Shown in pieces: positions 6,200 to 15,534 of a DNA stretch of 54,015 nt. This DNA comes from Candidatus Parcubacteria bacterium (lineage in GTDB: Bacteria; Patescibacteriota; Minisyncoccia; Phycocordibacterales; Phycocordibacteraceae): assembly GCA_034666125.1 (NCBI GenBank), contig JAXDML010000006.1:1-54015 (forward strand). The letters are read 5' to 3'. A program made the translations under genes and the position numbers. Below the pieces are notes generated by a model. It did no database searches, was not told the origin of the DNA, and saw nothing but the letters and a program-made list of their open reading frames with translations. The first letter of the stretch is position 1. Each line of letters starts with the position of its first letter.

Positions 6200-7783
6200 A
6201 TGGCCGACCCCGTACCCAATACGAATCCGCAGGCGGGAAGCGCTCCGCAGAACGTGCCGATACCGCAGACGGGCGGCGTTCCGTCCGTTGCTGAGTCGCG
6301 CGACATGTCGCAGTTCATACGCACGTACGCGAAGGACGTAGCGCAGCTGACGAACCAACCGGCACCCGTGATCCCGAAGCCCGTAGCGCCTGCGGACGAC
6401 GGAGTCATGCTTCCCGAGACGGACGCCTCTCCCGTGAATCGCCCGGGCGGTATCACGAAGGAATTCCCGCAGGAAGAACTCACTCTTTCCAAAGAAGACA
6501 GCGCCGACATCTTCACTCGGGCACCAGCACCGCAGGCTGCGCCTGCGGTGCTGGTGCGTCCGGCGCCCCCGCCCCAGCCTCAAGCGCCGCCGACCCCGCA
6601 ACCTCCTCAACCGACTCCTCCGGACGAGCTGGAGCGCCGCCAAGCGGTACTCGCGCGCCTACGCGCGAAGATCGCGTCGCAAACGCCGGCAGTGCCGGTT
6701 ACGTCCGCGTACGTCCCGCCGCCCGCTCCGCCTCAACCGGCACCTCCTGCAGCCTACGTCCCACAGCAGTTCGTCCCGACGTTCTCTCCGTTCGCGCCTC
6801 CGGCCCCGCAACCGGCATCTCCCCAGCCAGCGCAGTCCGCGCCCCCGCCGCTCGGAGTCGTGCCGCTCGATACTAATCAGCCGTCGCCGTTCCATTCGTA
6901 CACCACCGATTTCGCCAATCGCATCGACCAGCAGCAGGCGTCCAAGTTCAGCGTGCTCGCCGCGCAGAGCGATGCGGGGCTCCGCACCACGACCACCGCT
7001 TCGACGGCCAGGCGCGGCGGTCTTATCCCGGTCGTGCTCGCCGTGCTCCTCATCGTGCTCGGCGCGGGGGGCCTGTATGCCGCCTACCGCTTCGTGAGCA
7101 CGGGAGAGAAGACTGAGGTGACGCTCGGCGTGCCGTCCCTTATCTTCGCCGACGAGAAGACGGAGCTTCCGGGTCCCGACTACCGACAGGACCTCGCAAG
7201 CGCGGCCTCGCAGCCGCTGGTCGAGGGAAACATTCTCATCACCTATATTACGGTCGCAAGCTCCACGCCGCTCGGACTTTCGAACGCGCCGCAACCCGGC
7301 GGGGCCCTGCTCCGACTTCTTGACCTCGGTGCGCCGGACATCCTCCTGCGTAACGTCGACCTTTCCAGTACGGTCGGCGTGGTGTCCGCAGGGAGCCAGA
7401 CGAATCCGTTCTTCATCCTGCGCGTGAGCTCGTACGAACGAACCTTCGCGGGCATGCTCGCCTGGGAGAGCCGCATGGCCGCCGACCTGGAACTCTTCTA
7501 TCCGCCGTATCCGGAACCTCAGTCCGATCCGGTATCGGTTGCCACCACTACGGCCTCGACGACGAGCTCGCTGGTCGCGGCACCACCGGTCGCGCTCTCC
7601 GCACCGCAAGGGTTCACTGATGCGATCGTCTCGAACATAGACGTGCGCGTCCTCAAGGACGGGCACGGCAGGACGCTCATCCTCTATGGCTACAGCGACA
7701 AGGAGACGCTTGTCATCGCGCGTGACGAGGCGGCGTTCACGACGCTCGTCGCGCGCCTGACAGCGACGCGGGGAAACGAGTAG
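6200..7783 (+). CDS. Proline-rich single-pass membrane protein (527 aa), function unknown
   Basis: RBS AGGAAGGA precedes the ATG. Long P/A/Q-rich tract (PPPQPQAPPTPQPPQPTPP), then TM helix LIPVVLAVLLIVLGAGGLYAAY, then a ~240-aa C-terminal domain. Confidence 0.6.
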   Translation: MADPVPNTNPQAGSAPQNVPIPQTGGVPSVAESRDMSQFIRTYAKDVAQLTNQPAPVIPKPVAPADDGVMLPETDASPVNRPGGITKEFPQEELTLSKEDSADIFTRAPAPQAAPAVLVRPAPPPQPQAPPTPQPPQPTPPDELERRQAVLARLRAKIASQTPAVPVTSAYVPPPAPPQPAPPAAYVPQQFVPTFSPFAPPAPQPASPQPAQSAPPPLGVVPLDTNQPSPFHSYTTDFANRIDQQQASKFSVLAAQSDAGLRTTTTASTARRGGLIPVVLAVLLIVLGAGGLYAAYRFVSTGEKTEVTLGVPSLIFADEKTELPGPDYRQDLASAASQPLVEGNILITYITVASSTPLGLSNAPQPGGALLRLLDLGAPDILLRNVDLSSTVGVVSAGSQTNPFFILRVSSYERTFAGMLAWESRMAADLELFYPPYPEPQSDPVSVATTTASTTSSLVAAPPVALSAPQGFTDAIVSNIDVRVLKDGHGRTLILYGYSDKETLVIARDEAAFTTLVARLTATRGNE

Positions 7784-7834
7784 GGTCTTTGGAAGACTTC
7801 GCCTGTACCGGATACCGTGTTAGATTTTCGACAT

Positions 7835-8188
7835 ATGGATACCACCAACTACCGCGCAAGGCTCGAAGAAGAGAAAGCCCGCCTTGAAAAGGGGCTCGGA
7901 ACGATCGGACGTCCCAATCCTTCTAACCCGGCCGACTGGGAAGCCGTCCCTCAGGAGACCGAGCAGGAAGCGGATCCGAACGTGCGGGCCGACCAGATGG
8001 AGGAATACAGCGAGAACAACGCCATCCTTACGGACCTCGAGATCCGCTACAACGAGGTCAAGGGAGCGCTCGAGCGCATCGACGACGGGAGTTATGGCAC
8101 CTGCAAGGCATGCGGGAAGGAGATAGAAGCCGAGCGTCTTGACGCGGATCCGTCGGCGGACACGTGCGTTGAACATAAGGACCAATAA
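7835..8188 (+). CDS. DksA/TraR-type zinc-finger protein
   Basis: Coiled-coil N-terminus and C-terminal GTCKACGKEIEAERLDADPSADTCVEH (CxxC...CxxH). The ATG at 7835 is preferred over the GTG at 7817. Confidence 0.7.
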   Translation: MDTTNYRARLEEEKARLEKGLGTIGRPNPSNPADWEAVPQETEQEADPNVRADQMEEYSENNAILTDLEIRYNEVKGALERIDDGSYGTCKACGKEIEAERLDADPSADTCVEHKDQ

Positions 8189-8198
8189 CCCGCTATAT

Positions 8199-8891
8199 AT
8201 GGAAATCACTCTGACTCCGATCATTTCAGTCCGCGAATGCATCCGATTCGGATGGAACACGTTCAAAGGCCGACCGCTGCCGTTCATTGCCGCCGTGATC
8301 GTAGTGGACGGTCTGACATTCTTATCTGAATACGTGAGCCTTTCCCTATCTTTTGAAAATCCCGCATCAATAGCATGGTTCGTGCTCTCGATACTCGTGG
8401 TGGTAGCGGTCCAGATCGTCATCATGACGAGCTTCACGCTGCGCGCGCACGACAACCCGGGAACGGTCGGGCTGCGCGACTTGCTCTACGCTCCCAACGG
8501 CTGGAAACTTGTCGGCGCGTCGATCCTGAGTCTCCTTGCCGTACTTCTCGGATTGATCCTTCTCATCATCCCCGGCATCATCGTAGCGCTCGCGCTCACT
8601 TTCAGCGGATACCTTGCCGTTGAAGGAAGACGTCCCATGGCGGCGATCAAGGAAAGCGCAGCGCTTACGAAAGGAAATCGTTTCAAGCTTTTCCTGATCG
8701 GCCTGCTGATGCTCGTAAGCATTTTGTTCTCAGCGATATTCCTCTACTGGGGCGAAACCGCTTCACGTATCGCGGAATTCATCGTGGACTTAGTAGTGCT
8801 TCCGGTGGTGTGGCTGGCCTTCGCGCATGCGTATCGCGTACTCCAAAAAGCAAAGTCGGCCGAAATCGTTCAGGCACAACCAGTCATTTAA
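8199..8891 (+). CDS. Polytopic membrane protein (DUF975-like pattern), function unknown
   Basis: Start MEITLTP. Five to six hydrophobic helices. The family assignment is from memory only. Confidence 0.55.
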   Translation: MEITLTPIISVRECIRFGWNTFKGRPLPFIAAVIVVDGLTFLSEYVSLSLSFENPASIAWFVLSILVVVAVQIVIMTSFTLRAHDNPGTVGLRDLLYAPNGWKLVGASILSLLAVLLGLILLIIPGIIVALALTFSGYLAVEGRRPMAAIKESAALTKGNRFKLFLIGLLMLVSILFSAIFLYWGETASRIAEFIVDLVVLPVVWLAFAHAYRVLQKAKSAEIVQAQPVI

Positions 8892-9069
8892 TTTACAAAG
8901 CCTAACGGGAAAGTGTGCTTTTTATGATATCCCGTAGCGGTTTTCCAGACTGAAAATCAGTTCCCACGCTTCCACCTTCGTTAGCGTGAAGGTAAGGTAT
9001 GGACGACGAAGGTCGGGAAGCGGGCGGTCAGCGCGAATTGTTCGGCATCGAGTGATGCTGGCAGATTAT

Positions 9070-9669
9070 TTAAAAAGGATTCTTCGCGCCGTGCACTTCG
9101 AAATGGAGATGGTTGCCGGTGGACGAGCCGGTCATGCCGACGTAGCCGATGACGGAACCTTTGGAGACGGAGCCGCCCGACGCGGCGACCCTCGACATGT
9201 GCGCGTAGAGCGTGCTCGTGCCGTTCGGGTGCGAGATGACGACATAGTTACCGTAGCCGCTGTTCCAGCCGCCATCGTTCTTCACGGTCGTGACGGTGCC
9301 GCTTGCTGCGGCATAGATGGGGGTGCCTGCGGGCGCCGAGATGTCGACACCGTTGTGCCCGTGGAGTCCCTGCGACTTCCGGCCGCCCGGAAGAGGGTTG
9401 CCGAAGTATCCGGAAACTGCGGGAAGCTTCGCCGAGACCTTTGCCGTTGCGCTCGTCTTGGCTGCGGCGGCTTTCTGAACGGCCTTCTTCTTTGCGGCGG
9501 CTGCCTTCGCCGCTGCCTTCTCCTCTTCCGCTTCCTGGGCGGCCTCTTCCGCTTCCTGTTCCTCAGCGATCTCTTCCTCGCTCGGGACGCTGCTGCCGGC
9601 AATGAGCGCCTCGCCTTCGGAAAGCGCGATCGGAACGTCTCCCTTGGTCGGATTCGGATCGGAGTTCAC
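9070..9669 (-). CDS. M23/LytM-family peptidoglycan metalloendopeptidase (minimal coordinates; the reading frame stays open up to 9942)
   Basis: HGHNGVDISAPAGTPIYAAASG ... YGNYVVISHPNG ... GSSTGNHLHFEV gives the HxxxD and HxH motifs. The in-frame upstream sequence encodes a TM anchor but has no ATG, GTG or TTG (see findings). Confidence 0.85.
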   Translation of the reverse strand: MNSDPNPTKGDVPIALSEGEALIAGSSVPSEEEIAEEQEAEEAAQEAEEEKAAAKAAAAKKKAVQKAAAAKTSATAKVSAKLPAVSGYFGNPLPGGRKSQGLHGHNGVDISAPAGTPIYAAASGTVTTVKNDGGWNSGYGNYVVISHPNGTSTLYAHMSRVAASGGSVSKGSVIGYVGMTGSSTGNHLHFEVHGAKNPF

Positions 9670-10131
9670 GGCAGCTTCGAGGAGGCCGAGGGCCGGGTCA
9701 TGCAGGACGGCTTCACTGCCAGCGACCTGTGCCTGGGCGCCGGAAAAAGGCCACCCGGCCGTAACGGAACGGGGTGCGAAAAGAGTAAGTAGGCCAAGAA
9801 GGACTGCCAGGATACCGACAGTGCCTACCGCTAGGTATGCGTTCCGAATGAAACGAACGATGGATGCTTCGGAAAGGTTCGGGAAATGCGTAATACGAAG
9901 GGTGAGGGAGTTCAGCGTTTCTTCAGGATACAGGGATGTGGCTTACCTAAAATGCTTTAAGTAAGCCATCCTTTGCGTTTCGGAAATCGGGCAACTCGGC
10001 CAGTATAGCCTCCAAGGAAAGGGGGTCAACTCTTGACAGGGGACAACGTAAAGGGTTGATGAAGGCCAAAAATACGAGAAAACGGCCTATTTCTTGAGGC
10101 TTTTAGGGGTGTTTCCTGGTATAGTGTCGAG

Positions 10132-12102
10132 GTGGATAACTCCTTGGCCCCGTACCTCGCCCACCTGAATGACCGCCAGAAAGAGGCGGTCTTAGCCGTA
10201 GAAGGGCCGGTTTCCGTGCTTGCAGGGGCAGGCTCCGGAAAGACCGCCGTCCTCACGACCCGCATCTACCACCTCATACGCTCAGGGGTCCCCGCCGAGA
10301 AGATTCTCGCCGTCACCTTCACCAATAAGGCTGCCCGGGAGATGCGCGAACGCCTGATGCGGATGCTTGACGTACAGCAAGGACGCGATCTGCGGCCGGG
10401 CGCGTACGGGCTGCCGTTCATCGCCACTTTCCACGGACTCGGACGCGAACTCCTCGAGACGTACGGGAGGGTCTTAGGCATCCCGCGACATTTCTGCATC
10501 TTCGACCGGGACGACTCGAAGAGTGCGATCCGGAAAGCCCTCAAGGAGCTCGACGTCGACCCCAAGGAGATCCCGCCTGCCGCCATCCTCTCGCGCATCT
10601 CGAAGGCGAAGGGCGAGGGCATGGCGCTCGCGGAGTTCCGCGAGCGCCATGGTCGGGAGAGCTTCCGCGCGCGCATGACCGCGGAAGCGTGGGCCCGGTA
10701 CGAGGACACGCTCAGGAAGGAGAAGGCGCTCGACTTCGACGACCTCATCATGCTTCCGGTGCGGCTCCTCGAGAAGCATGCGGACGTGCGCAAGAGCGTG
10801 CAGGAACGATTCACGCATCTGCATATCGACGAGTATCAGGACACCAACGCGCTTCAGGGGAAGCTCGTCGAGCTTATCGCCGGCGACCGCAGGAACGTCT
10901 TCGTCGTCGGCGACATCGATCAGTCGATCTATACCTGGCGCGGCGCGACCATCGATAACCTGCTCAAGTTCGAAGAGACGTATCCGGACGCCAGGCACGT
11001 CGTGCTCGAGCACAACTATCGCTCGACGAAGACGATCGTCGCTGCGGCGAACGAGATCATCGAGAAGAACCGGAATCGCAAGGAGAAGCGTTCGGTCACG
11101 GACAACGCGGATGGTGAACGCATCGTGATCCACGCGGCGAACAGCGCAGAGGAAGAGGCCGGATGGGTCGCGCACGAGACGAAGCGCGCGGCGAATGCAG
11201 GCACGCCGCTCGAAGAGACCGCCGTTCTGTATCGCACGAACGCGCAGTCGCGCGCGCTCGAGGAGGCGTTCCTGCATGCGCGCATCCCGTACCGCTTGCT
11301 CGGCACCCGCTTCTTCGATCGCAAGGAAGTGAAGGACGTGCTTGCGTGGGCGCGTCTCGCGCTCGACCCGGGACGGGAGGTCGACCGGATACGCGCCGTG
11401 CAGTCGCCTCCGCGCGGCATCGGGAAAGTGACGCTCGGGAAGATCACCGCAGGCAGGCTCGACGAGTTGCGGCCGTCGGATCGCGCGAAGGTAGAGTCGT
11501 TCGAGAAGATCGTACGCGAGCTGGGAGAAGCCGCGGAAACGCTGCCTCCTTCGGCGTTCGTGAAGCTCGTCCTTGAAAAGAGCGGCATGGAAACGACGCT
11601 GCTGAAGGAAGGCGAGGAAGGGCAGGACCGGCTCGAGAACATCACCGAACTCGGCGCGCTGGCGAGCCGCCATGACGCGAGTCCCGGCAGGGACGGCATT
11701 GCGAGCTTCCTTGCGGACAGCGCGCTCGCGAGCGACCAGGATGAGATGGACCGGCCTGGGAACGGGAACGACGGAAAGAAGAAGGGCGTCACCCTCATGA
11801 CCGTGCACGCGGCGAAAGGCCTCGAGTTCGACCTGGTCTTCGTTACCGGACTCGAGGAAGGGCTCTTCCCGCACGAAGGCATGGACGACGAGGAACGCGA
11901 CGAGGAAGAGGAGCGTCGACTGTTCTACGTCGCCGTCACGCGCGCGCGCAAGCGCCTCGTCCTTACGCTCGCGCGCGTCAGGCGCGTGTACGGGACCGAC
12001 TTCTTCTCGGAGCCGTCGCAGTTCCTGCGTGATATCGATCCGTCACTCGTATCGTTCCTCGAAACATACGAAGGCGAATACGAGGATGTGATCCAGATCT
12101 GA
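10132..12102 (+). CDS. pcrA: ATP-dependent DNA helicase, UvrD/PcrA/Rep family
   Basis: LAGAGSGKTAVLTTR (motif I), HIDEYQDTN (motif II), VGDIDQSIYTWRGA, TVHAAKGLEF, LFYVAVTRARKRL. GTG start. Confidence 0.9.
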   Translation: MDNSLAPYLAHLNDRQKEAVLAVEGPVSVLAGAGSGKTAVLTTRIYHLIRSGVPAEKILAVTFTNKAAREMRERLMRMLDVQQGRDLRPGAYGLPFIATFHGLGRELLETYGRVLGIPRHFCIFDRDDSKSAIRKALKELDVDPKEIPPAAILSRISKAKGEGMALAEFRERHGRESFRARMTAEAWARYEDTLRKEKALDFDDLIMLPVRLLEKHADVRKSVQERFTHLHIDEYQDTNALQGKLVELIAGDRRNVFVVGDIDQSIYTWRGATIDNLLKFEETYPDARHVVLEHNYRSTKTIVAAANEIIEKNRNRKEKRSVTDNADGERIVIHAANSAEEEAGWVAHETKRAANAGTPLEETAVLYRTNAQSRALEEAFLHARIPYRLLGTRFFDRKEVKDVLAWARLALDPGREVDRIRAVQSPPRGIGKVTLGKITAGRLDELRPSDRAKVESFEKIVRELGEAAETLPPSAFVKLVLEKSGMETTLLKEGEEGQDRLENITELGALASRHDASPGRDGIASFLADSALASDQDEMDRPGNGNDGKKKGVTLMTVHAAKGLEFDLVFVTGLEEGLFPHEGMDDEERDEEEERRLFYVAVTRARKRLVLTLARVRRVYGTDFFSEPSQFLRDIDPSLVSFLETYEGEYEDVIQI

Positions 12103-12104
12103 TC

Positions 12105-12902
12105 ATGTCCAAACAATCCCTCGGACAGAACTTCCTCATGCATCCGCAGACCGCGGAACGCATCGTGCATACCGCGAGACTGCCGCAGGACAGAACCATA
12201 CTTGAGATCGGTCCGGGTACCGGTATGCTCACGCGCGCGTTGCTTGCGGAAGGGCACGCGGTCGTCGCCGTCGAAGCGGACGGGGAACTCGTCGAGGAGC
12301 TTGCAAGAACGTTCGCGGACGAAGTCGGAAAAAAGAAACTCGTACTCGTGCACGAGGACATACGGAAATTCGATACGGTAGCGCTTCCGAAAAAGTACTC
12401 TCTGGTCGCGAACATCCCGTACTACCTCACCGGCGAGATCATCCGGACGTTCCTGAGCGCGAAACATAAGCCGCAGTCCATGACGCTCCTCGTGCAGAAG
12501 GAAGTGGCCGAACGGATCACCGGCCGGGGAGCGAAGCGGACCAAAGAGAAACCGAAGGAGAGCCTGCTATCGCTATCGGTACAGGCATACGGGACGCCCG
12601 AATTCGCCTTTGTCGTACCGAGAGGCGCGTTCCGCCCCGCGCCGAAGGTGGACTCGGCGATCATTTCGATACGGAACATCCGCCAGCATGCTTTTGCGGA
12701 TGAAATCGAGGAGCACTCTTTCTTTGCGATCCTCAAAGCCGGGTTCGCGCACAAGCGGAAGCTTCTCGCGGGGAATCTCTCCCTCCATTTTCCGCCGGAA
12801 AAGGTCGCACGCGCATTCAAAGAGTCCGGACTGTCTTCAAAAGCGCGTTCCGAAGACCTCGCGCTCGCCGATTGGCGACTTCTTGCAACGCATTTGCGCT
12901 AA
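12105..12902 (+). CDS. rsmA: 16S rRNA (adenine1518/1519-N6)-dimethyltransferase
   Basis: SLGQNFLMHP, EIGPGTGMLT and ANIPYYLTG are typical KsgA/RsmA motifs. Confidence 0.93.
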   Translation: MSKQSLGQNFLMHPQTAERIVHTARLPQDRTILEIGPGTGMLTRALLAEGHAVVAVEADGELVEELARTFADEVGKKKLVLVHEDIRKFDTVALPKKYSLVANIPYYLTGEIIRTFLSAKHKPQSMTLLVQKEVAERITGRGAKRTKEKPKESLLSLSVQAYGTPEFAFVVPRGAFRPAPKVDSAIISIRNIRQHAFADEIEEHSFFAILKAGFAHKRKLLAGNLSLHFPPEKVARAFKESGLSSKARSEDLALADWRLLATHLR

Positions 12903-12909
12903 ATATCGT

Positions 12910-12928
12910 TGTGCACGCGAAGTGCACA
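12910..12928 (+). terminator. Hairpin after rsmA
   Basis: TGTGCAC-GCGAA-GTGCACA, a 7-bp stem with no T-run. Confidence 0.3.
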
Positions 12929-13032
12929 CGGTATGCGGGTAGTTGTCAGATACTTATCCCGATGCTTATACAGGGTTGTACAGTAGTTTTCCCCATTCAT
13001 ATTGCGTTCATGCTAGTATTTAGCTAGCGTTT

Positions 13033-14016
13033 ATGCGTATTTCCCCTCGTAATCTGCGTATCGCCGGAGCCTCCCTTATCGCCGTCCTGATGGTCGCGGG
13101 CGGCTATGTCCTTCCCGGCTTCAAGTTTCCGAAAACCAAGGCCGTTAACGCGGAACTCACCGACGATCTCCTCGCGTCGTATGTCACTAAGGACACCGAC
13201 TCGGACGGGCTTCCGGACTGGCAGGAAGTGCTCTATGGGACCGACGCTAACAAGGCCGATTCCGATGGAGACGGCATTCCCGACGGCGAAGCCGTCAGTC
13301 GCGGGCTCCTGACCCCGACCGCGCTCGCGTCCCAGATTCCCACGGACCCGATCGGCGAGGAATTCTCTGAGGACGCAGCCGCTCCCGGAAGCATCACCGA
13401 CCAGTTCTCGCGCGCTTTCTTCCAGGCGTATATGGAAGAAAGCGGCGGACAGCCTATGAGCCAGGAAGCACAGCAGGCCCTTCTGCAGCGGCTCCTTGCA
13501 GACTTCAATGCGCGCGGAGCCTCGAAGCTTAGTTCCGCCTATTCCGCCGTCTCGGTCCGTACTGATGTGAGCGTGAGTACTGCCGTATACGCGAAGTCCG
13601 TCGAAGACATCCTGGGTGCGAACGTCATAAGAGGAACGGACGCAAGCGCGATCCTCCTCACGGCACAACTCATCCTGGAGGACGACGCGAGCGCGACCGG
13701 AAAGCTTGAGCGCGTCGCTTCGGCATACAGCAATATCGCAAGTTCCCTGCTAAAAACTCGAGTACCGCCGCAACTTGCCCAGCATCATCTCGAGCTTCTG
13801 CGCTCTTTCGACACCTTAGGGAAGAGCACGAAGCAGATCGCCGCGTACAAGGAAGACCCGCTCGGCGTCCTCGGCGCGCTCGCCGTGTTCCAACCGGCTG
13901 CGGAACAGCTTGATCGGGGGATCAACGGGGTCGCGACTGAGATCCTAAAGTCCGGTGAACCGCTCGAAGGTGCGCCGGGAGATCTCATCGTTTCCATCGC
14001 ACGTCTTGAAATATGA
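13033..14016 (+). CDS. Membrane-anchored protein with thrombospondin-type-3-like Asp-rich Ca-binding repeats
   Basis: N-terminal TM (LIAVLMVAGGYVL), then DTDSDGLPDWQEVLYGTDANKADSDGDGIPDGEAV, then a helical C-domain. First gene of the VirB4-containing cluster. Its stop overlaps the next start (ATGA). Confidence 0.6.
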   Translation: MRISPRNLRIAGASLIAVLMVAGGYVLPGFKFPKTKAVNAELTDDLLASYVTKDTDSDGLPDWQEVLYGTDANKADSDGDGIPDGEAVSRGLLTPTALASQIPTDPIGEEFSEDAAAPGSITDQFSRAFFQAYMEESGGQPMSQEAQQALLQRLLADFNARGASKLSSAYSAVSVRTDVSVSTAVYAKSVEDILGANVIRGTDASAILLTAQLILEDDASATGKLERVASAYSNIASSLLKTRVPPQLAQHHLELLRSFDTLGKSTKQIAAYKEDPLGVLGALAVFQPAAEQLDRGINGVATEILKSGEPLEGAPGDLIVSIARLEI

Positions 14017-15530
14017 AAACTGATGCGCACATGAGCGGGCGTGCGGGACATGCAATAGTTATTATCGCCTTGGTCCTAGCCGGCATTGCCGCGCTTTATT
14101 TGACCGTCCACCCGCAGCGCGCCGAGGCGCAAGCGGGCTGCGCAGCCGCTGAGCTGCAAACGGCGCTCAAAAGCAAGGTCGAGGCCTTAAAGGAAGCGAA
14201 GCCCGGCCTCCCGACCTTTGATGCCGCCAACCTTACGGCCACTACGAAGATAAGTTCGCGAAGCACGATCATGTGCATCCTTGACGGCCTCGCCTGGACC
14301 GCCGCGAAAGTCGCGCTGAAATCCATGACCCAAAGCGTCGTGAACTGGATCAATTCGGGCTTCGAAGGTTCGCCGGCTTTCATAACCGACCTGAATCGTA
14401 ACCTCGGGAACCTTTCGGACGCGGTTGCCAATGATTTCTTGAACGGGCTGAATCAGGTCGTGATCAGCAATACGGGCTTCAACATCCGCGCGCCCTTCCA
14501 GGACCAGATAGCCGCGGCGCTTCGCCAAGAGTTCTACCGTACGACGAGCAGTTACGGCTTCGACGTCCGTAATCCGTACAAGGAATGCTATGGCGACGGA
14601 TTCAGCATCAACGGCTTCCTTTGCGAGGGGCAGAATGCCGGGAATAACCCGTACGGCCGGTATCAGCTCGCGCGCGACGAGCTTTTCAGACAGGTGGATA
14701 CTGCCGCGCGAACGCGCATAACGGAGCTCGGCTGGGCCAAAGGATTCCTTTCGTGGCGCGGGCCGTGCGGACAGTACGGGACCAATGCGTATCCCGGTCC
14801 GAATGATAACGCGGCCGCAGACGCACTCACGAAGACGGCCGTGCAGCTTTCGCAAGCGGAAACGACCAATAATTGCTCGATACGCACTCCGGGCGCGGTC
14901 ATCGAGAACGCGCTCGGCATATCGGTTACCTCTCCTTTCCGCCAGCTCGAGCTCGCCGACTCCGTGAACGAGATCGTCGCGGCCCTTATGACCCAGATGG
15001 TCAACCAGGTGCTCGGCGGCGCCGGACTTACGGGGGTTTCCCAGCCGGCAGCCGGCGGCGGTACCTCGTACATCAACCAGAATGCGGGCGAATATACGAG
15101 CTTCGCGACCGAGGTCGCGAATGGGTTCAGTGCGGACCTCGAAACGCTGCAGCGGGCCGTCAGTACGTACCGGTCCCAGTGGCAAAGGATCGACGGCGCC
15201 GCGCGGAACGCACAGAGCGCATGCGCGAACGATAGCTCCAAGGCCTCGCAAGCGGCAGCGGTCCTTGCGAGGTCCGGGGCTGCGCTTGCGAAAGCGAGTG
15301 CCGCGATCACTGCCATCGCAACGACACAGACGCAGATAAACGCGGCGCGAGGCACCACGAGTTCCGATCCGAACGCGCCTGACCCCGTCGTGAACGCCTA
15401 CCTTGCGCTAATAAAGGACACTTCGAGGATTCCGGGAGAAGATGAATTTTCCGAAGCTGAAAGGGAAAGCTCGGATACGGGCACCAGTCTCTACTCGCAG
15501 ATGACACGCCTCGCCGCATCCTGCAGATAA
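14013..15530 (+). CDS. Secreted or membrane-anchored hypothetical protein (505 aa, 8 Cys)
   Basis: TM/signal anchor AIVIIALVLAGIAALYL followed by an AEAQA cleavage-like site. Translationally coupled to the upstream gene. No recognisable catalytic motif. Confidence 0.55.
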   Translation: MKTDAHMSGRAGHAIVIIALVLAGIAALYLTVHPQRAEAQAGCAAAELQTALKSKVEALKEAKPGLPTFDAANLTATTKISSRSTIMCILDGLAWTAAKVALKSMTQSVVNWINSGFEGSPAFITDLNRNLGNLSDAVANDFLNGLNQVVISNTGFNIRAPFQDQIAAALRQEFYRTTSSYGFDVRNPYKECYGDGFSINGFLCEGQNAGNNPYGRYQLARDELFRQVDTAARTRITELGWAKGFLSWRGPCGQYGTNAYPGPNDNAAADALTKTAVQLSQAETTNNCSIRTPGAVIENALGISVTSPFRQLELADSVNEIVAALMTQMVNQVLGGAGLTGVSQPAAGGGTSYINQNAGEYTSFATEVANGFSADLETLQRAVSTYRSQWQRIDGAARNAQSACANDSSKASQAAAVLARSGAALAKASAAITAIATTQTQINAARGTTSSDPNAPDPVVNAYLALIKDTSRIPGEDEFSEAERESSDTGTSLYSQMTRLAASCR

Positions 15531-15534
15531 GGCC

